64,000 bases of DNA from a virus. Taxonomy: Duplodnaviria > Caudoviricetes. Positions 26,709-35,162 of the stretch are shown here, in pieces. The notes below the pieces were generated by a model. The model was not told the origin of the DNA. It did no database searches and worked only from the letters and a program-made list of their open reading frames with translations. How positions within the stretch are numbered: position 1 is the first letter of the stretch; each line of letters opens with the position of its first letter. The position numbers were made by a program, and so were the translations under genes. The stretch is from positions 1 through 64,000 of IMG/VR virus record IMGVR_UViG_3300030330_005600. One strand, written 5' to 3'.

Positions 26709-27545
26709 TTAAATAATTTTAGTTTTCTCTACTTCTTTAATCATTTGGTAATGTATTTTGGCAATTCTATCTCTTCCCTCTTCACTTAAAAGTAGTTTAC
26801 TTTCTTCTCTATTAGTCATAAAAAAGTTTTCAGATAATATGGAAGGCATAACCACTTTACGTAGAACCCAAAAGTTAGATTCTTTATCGGCATCACCATC
26901 TCTATTATCCATCCTCATTTTATGTGTAGGGAATTCTGCTTTTGCTTTTTCATGTAATATCTGAGCAATTTTATCTGATTTAGTTTCCCCTACTGTAGTA
27001 TATACAGACCAACCGTGTGCAGATTCTTTATTAAATCCATTAGCGTGTACTGAAACATAAATACATTTTTTACCATCACTTTGTTGTCTTTCTCTGTATA
27101 TATCATTTGCTTTATCAGTCCTCCATCTTAATGATAAATCTTTCTCTGTATCAACTAAATTAATACATTCAATACCATCTTTTTCACACATCTTAATTAT
27201 CCTCTTTACAACTGCTCTATTGAACTCTCCTTCGAATAACTGTGTGCCATCTTCCCATTTAGGTGATCGTTTACCTGGCGTTTGGTATACACCGTCAATT
27301 ATACCACCATGTCCATTATCTAATATCCATACATAACCATCACTTTTTTGTGTACTGTTGTTCCTACTTTGTATTTTACTCCATGTTTTAGATCCAACTA
27401 TACCATCTGTTTTTAAACCGTTTTGTGCTTGAAATCTCATTACTGCTAATTCAGTTGCTGGTCCAAAATCACCATCAACAGTGATATTTAATAATTTTTG
27501 TAATTTTTTAACATCATTACCTTTACTTCCTTTTTTTAATAACAT
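26709..27545 (-). CDS. Endolysin: PG-binding domain + N-acetylmuramoyl-L-alanine amidase (Amidase_3); start ATG 27545
   Basis: LKKGS.G.DVK.LQ..DG.FG..T; LDNGHG, E..FN, VSVHAN, P.ILSEN.FMTN. Confidence 0.92.
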   Translation of the reverse strand: MLLKKGSKGNDVKKLQKLLNITVDGDFGPATELAVMRFQAQNGLKTDGIVGSKTWSKIQSRNNSTQKSDGYVWILDNGHGGIIDGVYQTPGKRSPKWEDGTQLFEGEFNRAVVKRIIKMCEKDGIECINLVDTEKDLSLRWRTDKANDIYRERQQSDGKKCIYVSVHANGFNKESAHGWSVYTTVGETKSDKIAQILHEKAKAEFPTHKMRMDNRDGDADKESNFWVLRKVVMPSILSENFFMTNREESKLLLSEEGRDRIAKIHYQMIKEVEKTKII

Positions 27546-27582
27546 AATTATTTTTTTTTCTTTTATTATTGGTTTTACCGAA

Positions 27583-28353
27583 TTAAACTTCTCTTTCTGG
27601 TTTAATATTTTCATGATAGTATCGGATGTCTTCATCCCACTCTTCAATTTCGTCTCGCACTTGTTCAATAATGAAATCAAAATATTTTTCCAAACTTTCA
27701 TCACTTAAATCATTTAATAGTTCTCTAATTGGGTTTGGTATTTCAAATCCTGAAATCATATCCGTATATTTAGTTATCTTTAATTCATCTCTAAAATAAA
27801 TACCTAAAGTATCTTCGTTGTGTGTCATTAAATCACCTCTTAAAGGTTTACCGCTAAAATTTAAAATAGGTAGAAATATGTGTTCACCATCATTATTAGG
27901 TACAAACATAGTCATTAAATCTTCCTCAACCATAGAAATAGGTTCACTTTCCATAGGTTCTACAGTCCAACCAGGATATATTTCTCTACCTACTATATTG
28001 TCTAAATAATATTTTGCAACAATTACTTTAGTTACTTCATCATAATCTTCTTTACTATATGAAAAATCGTCAAATGCTTCTTCATCAAATAAAACGTCAC
28101 CAAACTTTTTATAAAAATTCCACATTTTAAAAACATAATCATAATCCTTTAACCCAAAAGTGTCAATTAAATCATTAACCCTAAGTGCGTCACTTGCTTC
28201 CATCTCATAACTACTTTTACCAACTACATGGTTAAAAATTTTTTTATCCATAGATTTATGGATATATTGTAAAACTGTCTTATCCATTTTAGTTAGATTA
28301 GGTAACTCATCAATAATAGATTCTAATAATATGTTTTTAAAATTAAGTTCCAT
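27583..28353 (-). CDS. Hypothetical protein, possibly head-associated
   Basis: N-terminal FKNILLE. Confidence 0.7.
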   Translation of the reverse strand: MELNFKNILLESIIDELPNLTKMDKTVLQYIHKSMDKKIFNHVVGKSSYEMEASDALRVNDLIDTFGLKDYDYVFKMWNFYKKFGDVLFDEEAFDDFSYSKEDYDEVTKVIVAKYYLDNIVGREIYPGWTVEPMESEPISMVEEDLMTMFVPNNDGEHIFLPILNFSGKPLRGDLMTHNEDTLGIYFRDELKITKYTDMISGFEIPNPIRELLNDLSDESLEKYFDFIIEQVRDEIEEWDEDIRYYHENIKPEREV

Positions 28354-28377
28354 TACATATAAATATAGTTAAGGCAT

Positions 28378-28404
28378 AAAAAAACCCCCACTTTGTGGAG
28401 GTTT
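28378..28404 (-). terminator. Intrinsic terminator
   Basis: Minus strand AAACCTCCA-caaag-TGGGGGTTT followed by a U-run. Confidence 0.65.
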
Positions 28405-28424
28405 AATGTTTTGGTTGGAGGTTA

Positions 28425-29273
28425 TTAATCTGATAATAAATCTTTACCCTTAACTGTTTCCATTAGATTTTGAAAAACTTTAGATTCTTTGGTATAATCG
28501 TTAGTTTTTGTATTAACATCACCATATTCAAAATCGTATAATCTTTTCATTTTATTAACACTTTCGTTGATAGCTTTTTCGTTTTTAAAGTTTAATACCG
28601 TTGCTTCATTTAATGATTCATCCCATCTCATTTTAAATGTCTGATTTCCATCTGACATTAAAAAAGTATGTTCATCTACTTTATAGTTTTCTGGTATTAA
28701 TTCTTTTACTTCTTCTACTGAAGTAAATTCGTTTTTAAAATTTAATCTTTTCATTTTATTACTTTTTGATTCGTTTGTTACCCTTACACGTGGTGTTTGG
28801 TGTTGTGGATTTTCACCATCATATTTATTCTTTTTATATTCATCAGAAGCTTTGGTTAACTTTTCATATGTATCATTCTTTTTATCAGTTTCACCGAAAC
28901 CATCCTCTGTTCCAAATTCTTCATCATATTCAGAATTATCATTTAAATCATCCATTCTCTTCATAAATGTTTTAAAAGTTTCACTACCTTCATCATCATA
29001 TTTTAATCCTTGCATTCCCGTACCCAATGCCTCTACATCGTACACATTAACATCACCAGTAGATTCTTGTTCTCTATCTACTTTTAATACAGGATCTAAT
29101 TCTTTTAATTCATCACCGTAGTAGTCTTCTAACTTTTTCCCAATTGCTTTTAAAGCATCCTTATTAATAGTTGCATCTTCTTTATGAACTTTCTCATACG
29201 TTTTTAAACCATTAGGAGATGTCTCTTCTTTAATTGTTACTTTAGTATTCTTAGTTAAAAATTTATTTTTCAT
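28425..29273 (-). CDS. Putative prohead core/internal head protein
   Basis: Acidic; repeated (I/L/T)xE sites; INESVNKMKRL motif. Confidence 0.55.
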   Translation of the reverse strand: MKNKFLTKNTKVTIKEETSPNGLKTYEKVHKEDATINKDALKAIGKKLEDYYGDELKELDPVLKVDREQESTGDVNVYDVEALGTGMQGLKYDDEGSETFKTFMKRMDDLNDNSEYDEEFGTEDGFGETDKKNDTYEKLTKASDEYKKNKYDGENPQHQTPRVRVTNESKSNKMKRLNFKNEFTSVEEVKELIPENYKVDEHTFLMSDGNQTFKMRWDESLNEATVLNFKNEKAINESVNKMKRLYDFEYGDVNTKTNDYTKESKVFQNLMETVKGKDLLSD

Positions 29274-29318
29274 TTTATTGTGTCTTTATATATAAATATA
29301 CATTAATTAGATAATGTA

Positions 29319-30302
29319 TTATTTTTTAAGTTTTAAATTACTTTTTTTAATTATTTTATGTTCACTAAATACATTGTCAATTTCCATATCTGACGTATTA
29401 CTAGTATAAACACTACCAGCACCTTGATTACAGTATGGGTAAGTTTTACATTTTTTCTTTATATTAACAAATTTTCCACCTTTATATGTGGGTACATGTG
29501 CACCCCTCCACTCACTTTTATTTTTTGCCCACATTGCTGGTGTAACATATGACCCTACTGCACCACCATAATCTACCGCCTCTTCTAAATCTTCATCTTC
29601 TTCTAAAACAGTAATTTTACCAATAGGTTTAGTTATACCATTTTTAGAAACAGGAATATCACCTTTTTTAATTGTTCTAACAATTGGTCTTTGATTAATT
29701 GGGGCAACAAACGCACCTGAACTAATAGCACCAGTTGCTTCATCAATATCATCTCCTTCTGTTTTATGTGATATTTCCATATCATCCATTATTAAAACGT
29801 TTTTTTCGGTTTTACTTTTTTCATATAAATCTTTTTCTACCCTTATAGTTTTTTTATCACCATTTTTACTTTCTACCGCAATTATACAGTAATTAGGGTT
29901 ACTATAATAATCTGGTGTATTATCTACATTCTGAGTGGCTAAAGTAAGTGCATCATTATAAGGTAAATGATTTTGTTCTATTTGTGTACCAATATTAATC
30001 TCTTCTTCTATTGTTGTTGCAACTTTTCTTAATTCTTGTTGTCCACTAGCATTTAGAGAATCTCTAAATTCTTTACCTATTTCAGAAATTTCATTTACAT
30101 CTTCTACTTTACCCTTTTTACATTTTAAACTCATTAATTTAATTAATTGCTTTAAAATATTAATTTGTTTAGTAGGTATTTTATCACTATGTTTATCTAC
30201 CAATTTGTTTAATACCTTATCTGCAACTTTTAATTGAGTGGTATTGTTACAAGACATTATAATATCTTTTACTTTGTCATAGTCTCTTTTAATATTTTCC
30301 AT
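29319..30302 (-). CDS. Putative internal head protein
   Basis: VNE, IEE, IDEAT..SSGAF, LEEA..GSY.TP. Confidence 0.55.
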   Translation of the reverse strand: MENIKRDYDKVKDIIMSCNNTTQLKVADKVLNKLVDKHSDKIPTKQINILKQLIKLMSLKCKKGKVEDVNEISEIGKEFRDSLNASGQQELRKVATTIEEEINIGTQIEQNHLPYNDALTLATQNVDNTPDYYSNPNYCIIAVESKNGDKKTIRVEKDLYEKSKTEKNVLIMDDMEISHKTEGDDIDEATGAISSGAFVAPINQRPIVRTIKKGDIPVSKNGITKPIGKITVLEEDEDLEEAVDYGGAVGSYVTPAMWAKNKSEWRGAHVPTYKGGKFVNIKKKCKTYPYCNQGAGSVYTSNTSDMEIDNVFSEHKIIKKSNLKLKK

Positions 30303-30562
30303 TACTTAATTGCATTTTTCCAAAACATACGTCTCAACCATAATTCTTTATAAAGTTGTTCTAAAACATCCTTACTAATTTTAACCACTTCTTTTTTAAA
30401 TTTAGTACCTTTTAATTCTTTACTAACTATGTTAATAACTTTTTTTTCTAAATCACTACCAAATGCATCTTTAATCTCTTTACGAATCATAACACCGATT
30501 TTATTTTCATCGGTTTTAGTTAATGCCTCCCTAATAATATATTTTAATTGAGTGTCGTTCAT
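30302..30562 (-). CDS. Hypothetical protein
   Basis: N-terminal LKYIIREAL. Confidence 0.7.
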   Translation of the reverse strand: MNDTQLKYIIREALTKTDENKIGVMIRKEIKDAFGSDLEKKVINIVSKELKGTKFKKEVVKISKDVLEQLYKELWLRRMFWKNAIK

Positions 30563-30606
30563 GATATTACATGTTTATTAATAAATATTTAATTTTAATA
30601 AAAAAA

Positions 30607-31062
30607 TCACACTAATATCAATATTGTAATAATTGGAAGAATTATTGATCCACCGAAACCTAAAAACTTTAAAAACTTTTGTTTTCTAAGTTCTTTTTTC
30701 TGTTGTTTAATGGTATCTTCTTTCATACCTAACTCAGAATTTTTATTGTCTAATATTTGTTGGAAGTTATCTATTTGACTTTGTTGGTTATCTGACTTTT
30801 CCATTAACTTAAAAATAACCTCTTTTTGTAGTGTTATAGTATTAGTATTAAGACTATCTTTCTCTTTGTAAACAGTTAATAAACTATCTACAATCTCATA
30901 CTCCAGAAGATCGTTAAGTATAACCTTAGCGTCCTCTAAATTCATAATAACTAATGTATCACCATTATCAACGATTGTTCTGACCTCTCCTTTGGAGATA
31001 GTCTGAGAGAGTGTTGGTGACACCATCGCTATCCATATTATCAACGATATTAGATACTTCAT
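30607..31062 (-). CDS. Secreted coiled-coil protein with C-terminal TM anchor (spanin-like partner)
   Basis: Signal peptide, heptads, C-terminal hydrophobic tail; overlaps the upstream gene by 95 nt. Confidence 0.65.
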   Translation of the reverse strand: MKYLISLIIWIAMVSPTLSQTISKGEVRTIVDNGDTLVIMNLEDAKVILNDLLEYEIVDSLLTVYKEKDSLNTNTITLQKEVIFKLMEKSDNQQSQIDNFQQILDNKNSELGMKEDTIKQQKKELRKQKFLKFLGFGGSIILPIITILILV

Positions 31063-31348
31063 TTCTTTTTCTTTCTAATTCTTTTAATTTATCTTCTGTT
31101 TTTCTAAGAACCACTTTAGTACTATCAATTGCATATAAAATGACATCAATTTCTTTTTGTAATTTTATATTTGCTTTAATGATACTGTCATTTGACATTA
31201 GTAATTTTTTATTTTGTTTTTGTAAAATACTAATCTCTTCTTCATACTCTTCTATTGGTACACTAGGTCTAAATATTAAACTTAGGACTAAAGCAACTGC
31301 TAAACCTAATATTAAAATTGCCTTTAAGTCTATATTAATTTTAAGCAT
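30968..31348 (-). CDS. N-terminally anchored coiled-coil protein (i-spanin-like); start ATG 31348
   Basis: TM helix followed by a long coiled coil. Confidence 0.65.
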   Translation of the reverse strand: MLKINIDLKAILILGLAVALVLSLIFRPSVPIEEYEEEISILQKQNKKLLMSNDSIIKANIKLQKEIDVILYAIDSTKVVLRKTEDKLKELERKRNEVSNIVDNMDSDGVTNTLSDYLQRRGQNNR

Positions 31349-31874
31349 TTTCTTCGGTTGGGTTAGGCATAGATTCTCCCTCACCTTCTTCCCCAAAATC
31401 AGGCGATTCTAAACTTTCTGGACCTTCTTTTTCGTTTTCTTCATCCGCTTCTAAATTTTCATATTCTTCCGCAATTCTATTAGCCCATTCTTCTGACCAA
31501 GTTTTATAGTAACCTATCAATTTTTGTAATAATCTCATAGTGTCTTCTCTTAATTGTAACATATCAGTAGTAACATAAACCCCCTGTGTATCATCTAAAG
31601 AGAAAAACCACTCTACTCTATTGTCGGTAAATTCACCACTAAACTCAACATTTTGTGCTTCAGGGTACAATTTAAATCTATTAAATTTAACTCTAGGTGT
31701 TACAGTGTCCCTAAACTTTTTTTCCTCTTCTTTAACTTCTGTAGGATCTAATTCACCCTTTTCTTCTTGTACTTTAAAATCTTGTTCTTTTAATATTGTT
31801 TTACCCAAAATAGGTTTTTTTCTATTTTCACGTATTAGATTCAATATTTTTCTAGTTTCATCGTGCTGATTCAT
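31341..31874 (-). CDS. Hypothetical protein with acidic tail
   Basis: TRKILNLIRE, ILKE. Confidence 0.7.
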   Translation of the reverse strand: MNQHDETRKILNLIRENRKKPILGKTILKEQDFKVQEEKGELDPTEVKEEEKKFRDTVTPRVKFNRFKLYPEAQNVEFSGEFTDNRVEWFFSLDDTQGVYVTTDMLQLREDTMRLLQKLIGYYKTWSEEWANRIAEEYENLEADEENEKEGPESLESPDFGEEGEGESMPNPTEENA

Positions 31875-31880
31875 CTTTTT

Positions 31881-32495
31881 TTATTTTTTTTCTATTTTAT
31901 TTTTAAATTTTTTAAAATTCCAAGCTGGACTCACATCAGTGAAATCTTTATTGTAATTACTACGATAGCTTATACCATTAAAATCTTCTATATTTTTAAT
32001 AAATGTATTATGTCCTACACATTTTTTATCAATATTGTGTTTTTCACATAAAAACATAACTAAATCTACACAAGAGTTAAACTGTTTATTAGTATAAGGT
32101 TCCCAGTATCTAAAACCTCTCCATCGCTTATCAATTACTTTAGCTCTTCTTTTATAAATATTACCAACCCAATCAATGTGTCGATCTTTTATTAAATCTT
32201 TATTTAACCAACCGACATTTTCTAACGTAATTGTAATAATATTTTTATCTAAACTTTCCACACCAATAGTTTTAGAATAATACTTATCATCAAAATGTTG
32301 ATAGATATTACCTTTTTTATCGATTGAAAAAGTTGTTGTATTTTTATAATTACCACCAAATCTTTTACGCCAACCATTTATATATTTTAAATCGTTACTT
32401 AAAGAATTACCAATAACTATTTGTTTTTTATCACTAACTTTCTCAACATAATTTTTATTATCTAATATAAATGTTTGGAAATCTACTACCATCAC
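31881..32495 (-). CDS. Amidase_2-like protein, Zn ligands partly degenerate
   Basis: F.ID..G.IYQ, I.I.LEN, YT.KQ, VGH, TDVSPAW; first His positions replaced. Confidence 0.7.
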   Translation of the reverse strand: MMVVDFQTFILDNKNYVEKVSDKKQIVIGNSLSNDLKYINGWRKRFGGNYKNTTTFSIDKKGNIYQHFDDKYYSKTIGVESLDKNIITITLENVGWLNKDLIKDRHIDWVGNIYKRRAKVIDKRWRGFRYWEPYTNKQFNSCVDLVMFLCEKHNIDKKCVGHNTFIKNIEDFNGISYRSNYNKDFTDVSPAWNFKKFKNKIEKK

Positions 32496-33301
32496 TCAAT
32501 TCTTTGTATATTTTTTGATCCTCCTTCTTTGGGCGAATTTACTTTACCCGTAAGTGTCTGTATTTTATTAATAGGTTTAGGTTTAACTTCATTATATTTT
32601 TTTATTGCCTTCTCTAAAATTTCACCTTCATCTTCTTTAATTTTTTCATCATTTAAGTCTATATCACTCAATATTATTTCTTCTTCTGCCTCATCATATA
32701 TTTCTTCAGTCTTTTTTAATAAATCTTCTGCCTGTTGGATAGACTTTTCTAAATGATCTTTATTTGCTTTTGTTTTTAACAAATATTCTGTTTCATCTTC
32801 TATATTATTGTCTTCTTTAGTATTTGGGACGGTTTCTTCTTTTCGTTTTTCATAATTAACAAAAAAATGTAATGAAGTTAGAGATATTATCGGTAGTAAT
32901 CCACCTTCTAATAAAGCTAACCATCTTTTCATCCCTACAGTATCTGTTATATCTGTACCCATCATCTCCCATATTGGTCCAGTTAATTCTACCCATGATT
33001 TAAATAATTCACTGGTTTCATCAATTTCTTTAAAACAGAAAAATACATTACCTATTATTTGAATTAATGTAACAATACCAAACATAAACCATATACCACC
33101 TTTTACTCTAGTACTAACCGCCACCAATGCCGTCATTGCAGCAATTTCAATCGCCACTGATAAATAAATTGCCCAATTTAAAGGATTTGCAATATCATAC
33201 CAAGTAACAACATGAGATATAGAAATTATAGCAACTAAAATAATAGGGATAAGAAACATCGCCCTATTAGGATTTTTAGTTATCCAATTAATGACTTTCA
33301 T
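32492..33301 (-). CDS. Multi-TM membrane protein with charged tail (holin candidate)
   Basis: 3-4 TM helices; adjacent to amidase-like and spanin-like genes. Confidence 0.6.
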   Translation of the reverse strand: MKVINWITKNPNRAMFLIPIILVAIISISHVVTWYDIANPLNWAIYLSVAIEIAAMTALVAVSTRVKGGIWFMFGIVTLIQIIGNVFFCFKEIDETSELFKSWVELTGPIWEMMGTDITDTVGMKRWLALLEGGLLPIISLTSLHFFVNYEKRKEETVPNTKEDNNIEDETEYLLKTKANKDHLEKSIQQAEDLLKKTEEIYDEAEEEIILSDIDLNDEKIKEDEGEILEKAIKKYNEVKPKPINKIQTLTGKVNSPKEGGSKNIQRIE

Positions 33302-33306
33302 AATTT

Positions 33307-33618
33307 TTAATTTTCAGATTCGTTTTTTAGTTGGTTTATAGGAACTCTATTTTTATCAGATAATTCTTCTAACTCTAATGATTTCCAAAAAGGGGTTTCT
33401 TTTATTAATTTAACCATTTCTTCATTAGTAATGGTTTTTACATTAATTTTATTCACTAAACTGTCTACTTTATGTATTTTAGAATTAATTTTTTCCTCAC
33501 TTTTTTTTATATTATTGTTAGTATTACATGTTTTAAAAAATATTAATATTACCAAAACAAAACTAATTATTGTTCCCCATCCATCTACAAATTTTTTTAC
33601 TTTTTCCATATTATTCAA
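33307..33618 (-). CDS. Single-TM protein
   Basis: N-terminal TM followed by coiled coil. Confidence 0.65.
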   Translation of the reverse strand: MNNMEKVKKFVDGWGTIISFVLVILIFFKTCNTNNNIKKSEEKINSKIHKVDSLVNKINVKTITNEEMVKLIKETPFWKSLELEELSDKNRVPINQLKNESEN

Positions 33619-33682
33619 TTTTAACTATTATTATATAAATATAATTTATTATAAAAATAAGTTAAATTTAAAAAAAGTGTAT

Positions 33683-33705
33683 AAAAAAAGGGGTTTTACC
33701 CCCTT
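33683..33705 (-). terminator. Intrinsic terminator
   Basis: Minus strand AAGGGGG-taaa-ACCCCTT followed by a U-run. Confidence 0.65.
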
Positions 33706-33729
33706 ATTTTATATTTTTTACTATAACTA

Positions 33730-34548
33730 CTATAAATAGTCTAATAAATCACCTACATTATTACGTATTTTTCTAATTGCGGATTGTTTTATTTGTCTTA
33801 TTCTTTCTTTAGTTAAATCAAATTCATCACCTATCATTTCCAATGTCATTGGTTCACCATGTATACCAAAATAACAATTTACTATATCTCTTTCTCTAAC
33901 ACTTAAAGTTTCCATTACCTTTTTTAATTGTGATTTTAAGGTATGTTCTTTACTTTTAATACTATCAGGTTGTCTAAAAGTATTATCCTGTAAAACACTA
34001 CATAATTCATCTCCATCTTCATTTATAGTGTTATTAAGTGAAGTGCAAGACGGGACATGTACCATTTCTACTTCATGATGTGCAGGTGTGCGAGAAAACT
34101 CTTTTTCAAACTGTTCAATTTCTTTTCTTATCTTAGATAATTTATTTATCATATTTGCTGGTAATCTAACCATTCTGGAATTATCGTTTAATGACTGTAA
34201 TATTGATTGTTTAACCCACCAAACTGCATAAGAAATAAATCTAAATCCTTTAGTATGGTCAAATCTCTTAGCTGCAGTTATTAATCCATAATTACCTTCC
34301 GAAATTAAATCCGCTAAAGGTAATCCTTGATTTTGATAGTCTTTAGCTACTGCGATTACAAATCTTAAATTCGCCATCACCAACTCATCTATTGCCCCCT
34401 CGTCTCCATTCGATATTCTTTTTGCTAATTCTAATTCTTTTTCAATAGATACTTGTTCACTTTTTCGTACGTCTTTTAAATAAATTGACATAGAATCTTC
34501 TTTTGTATTAATATACCTATGTATACTAGTTCTTTTTTTATTACTCAT
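33730..34548 (-). CDS. RpoD/SigA-family sigma factor, short Bacteroidota type lacking region 1.1
   Basis: ANLRFVI.VAK.YQNQGL.L.DLI.EGN.GL..AA.RFD...GF.FISYAVWW; region 4 LT.ERIRQI. Confidence 0.95.
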   Translation of the reverse strand: MSNKKRTSIHRYINTKEDSMSIYLKDVRKSEQVSIEKELELAKRISNGDEGAIDELVMANLRFVIAVAKDYQNQGLPLADLISEGNYGLITAAKRFDHTKGFRFISYAVWWVKQSILQSLNDNSRMVRLPANMINKLSKIRKEIEQFEKEFSRTPAHHEVEMVHVPSCTSLNNTINEDGDELCSVLQDNTFRQPDSIKSKEHTLKSQLKKVMETLSVRERDIVNCYFGIHGEPMTLEMIGDEFDLTKERIRQIKQSAIRKIRNNVGDLLDYL

Positions 34549-34550
34549 AA

Positions 34551-35078
34551 TTATTTATTTGATTGTTTATTTAATATTTCCCTTTCTCTATTAGTTAGTT
34601 TGTCTATTCCCTTATCAGTAATTTTATCTAAAATCTCATCAACCGTAGGTTCTATTAAAATTGCTTCTTCGGTATTTTTTATATTAATCTGTAATTCTTC
34701 TAATATACCTTCCATATTATCTTCACTAAATTTTTTCATATTATGTTCTATATTATTTCTTACATTAAATAAATGTATAAACTCACTATTATCAATTTTA
34801 CCACCAAACAATGCTTTTTGGAATTTTTCAATTATTAGATTAGCTGAAAAGGTTGCAGGTAACATCTCAAATATAATAAATGCCCTTTCATTAATATTTA
34901 AAAATTCCTCTATTTCTATTATATTAAGTGCACTACTAAATGTTGCAATGATTAGGTTTTCTCCTGTTGCAAAATTAGCAACACTGTCAGATATAATTTC
35001 TAAATCTTCTTTTATTTCATCAATATTGTCCATACCAATCAAACAATACTTTCTTAAAATTATTTTGTCTTTACCCAT
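34551..35078 (-). CDS. Hypothetical protein with DUF6576-like C-terminal motif
   Basis: VDEILDKI..KG...LT.RE..IL. Confidence 0.65.
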   Translation of the reverse strand: MGKDKIILRKYCLIGMDNIDEIKEDLEIISDSVANFATGENLIIATFSSALNIIEIEEFLNINERAFIIFEMLPATFSANLIIEKFQKALFGGKIDNSEFIHLFNVRNNIEHNMKKFSEDNMEGILEELQINIKNTEEAILIEPTVDEILDKITDKGIDKLTNREREILNKQSNK

Positions 35079-35131
35079 AAAACTACTTATTTATATATAT
35101 TAACAAAATGAATACCATTACCCATTTTTCA

Positions 35132-35162
35132 CAAATATACAACAAATTATTTGATTTGCAAT
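35132..35162 (-). promoter_or_regulatory. Bacteroidota-type promoter for the sigma factor operon
   Basis: TTG-N19-TATATTTG. Confidence 0.6.
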
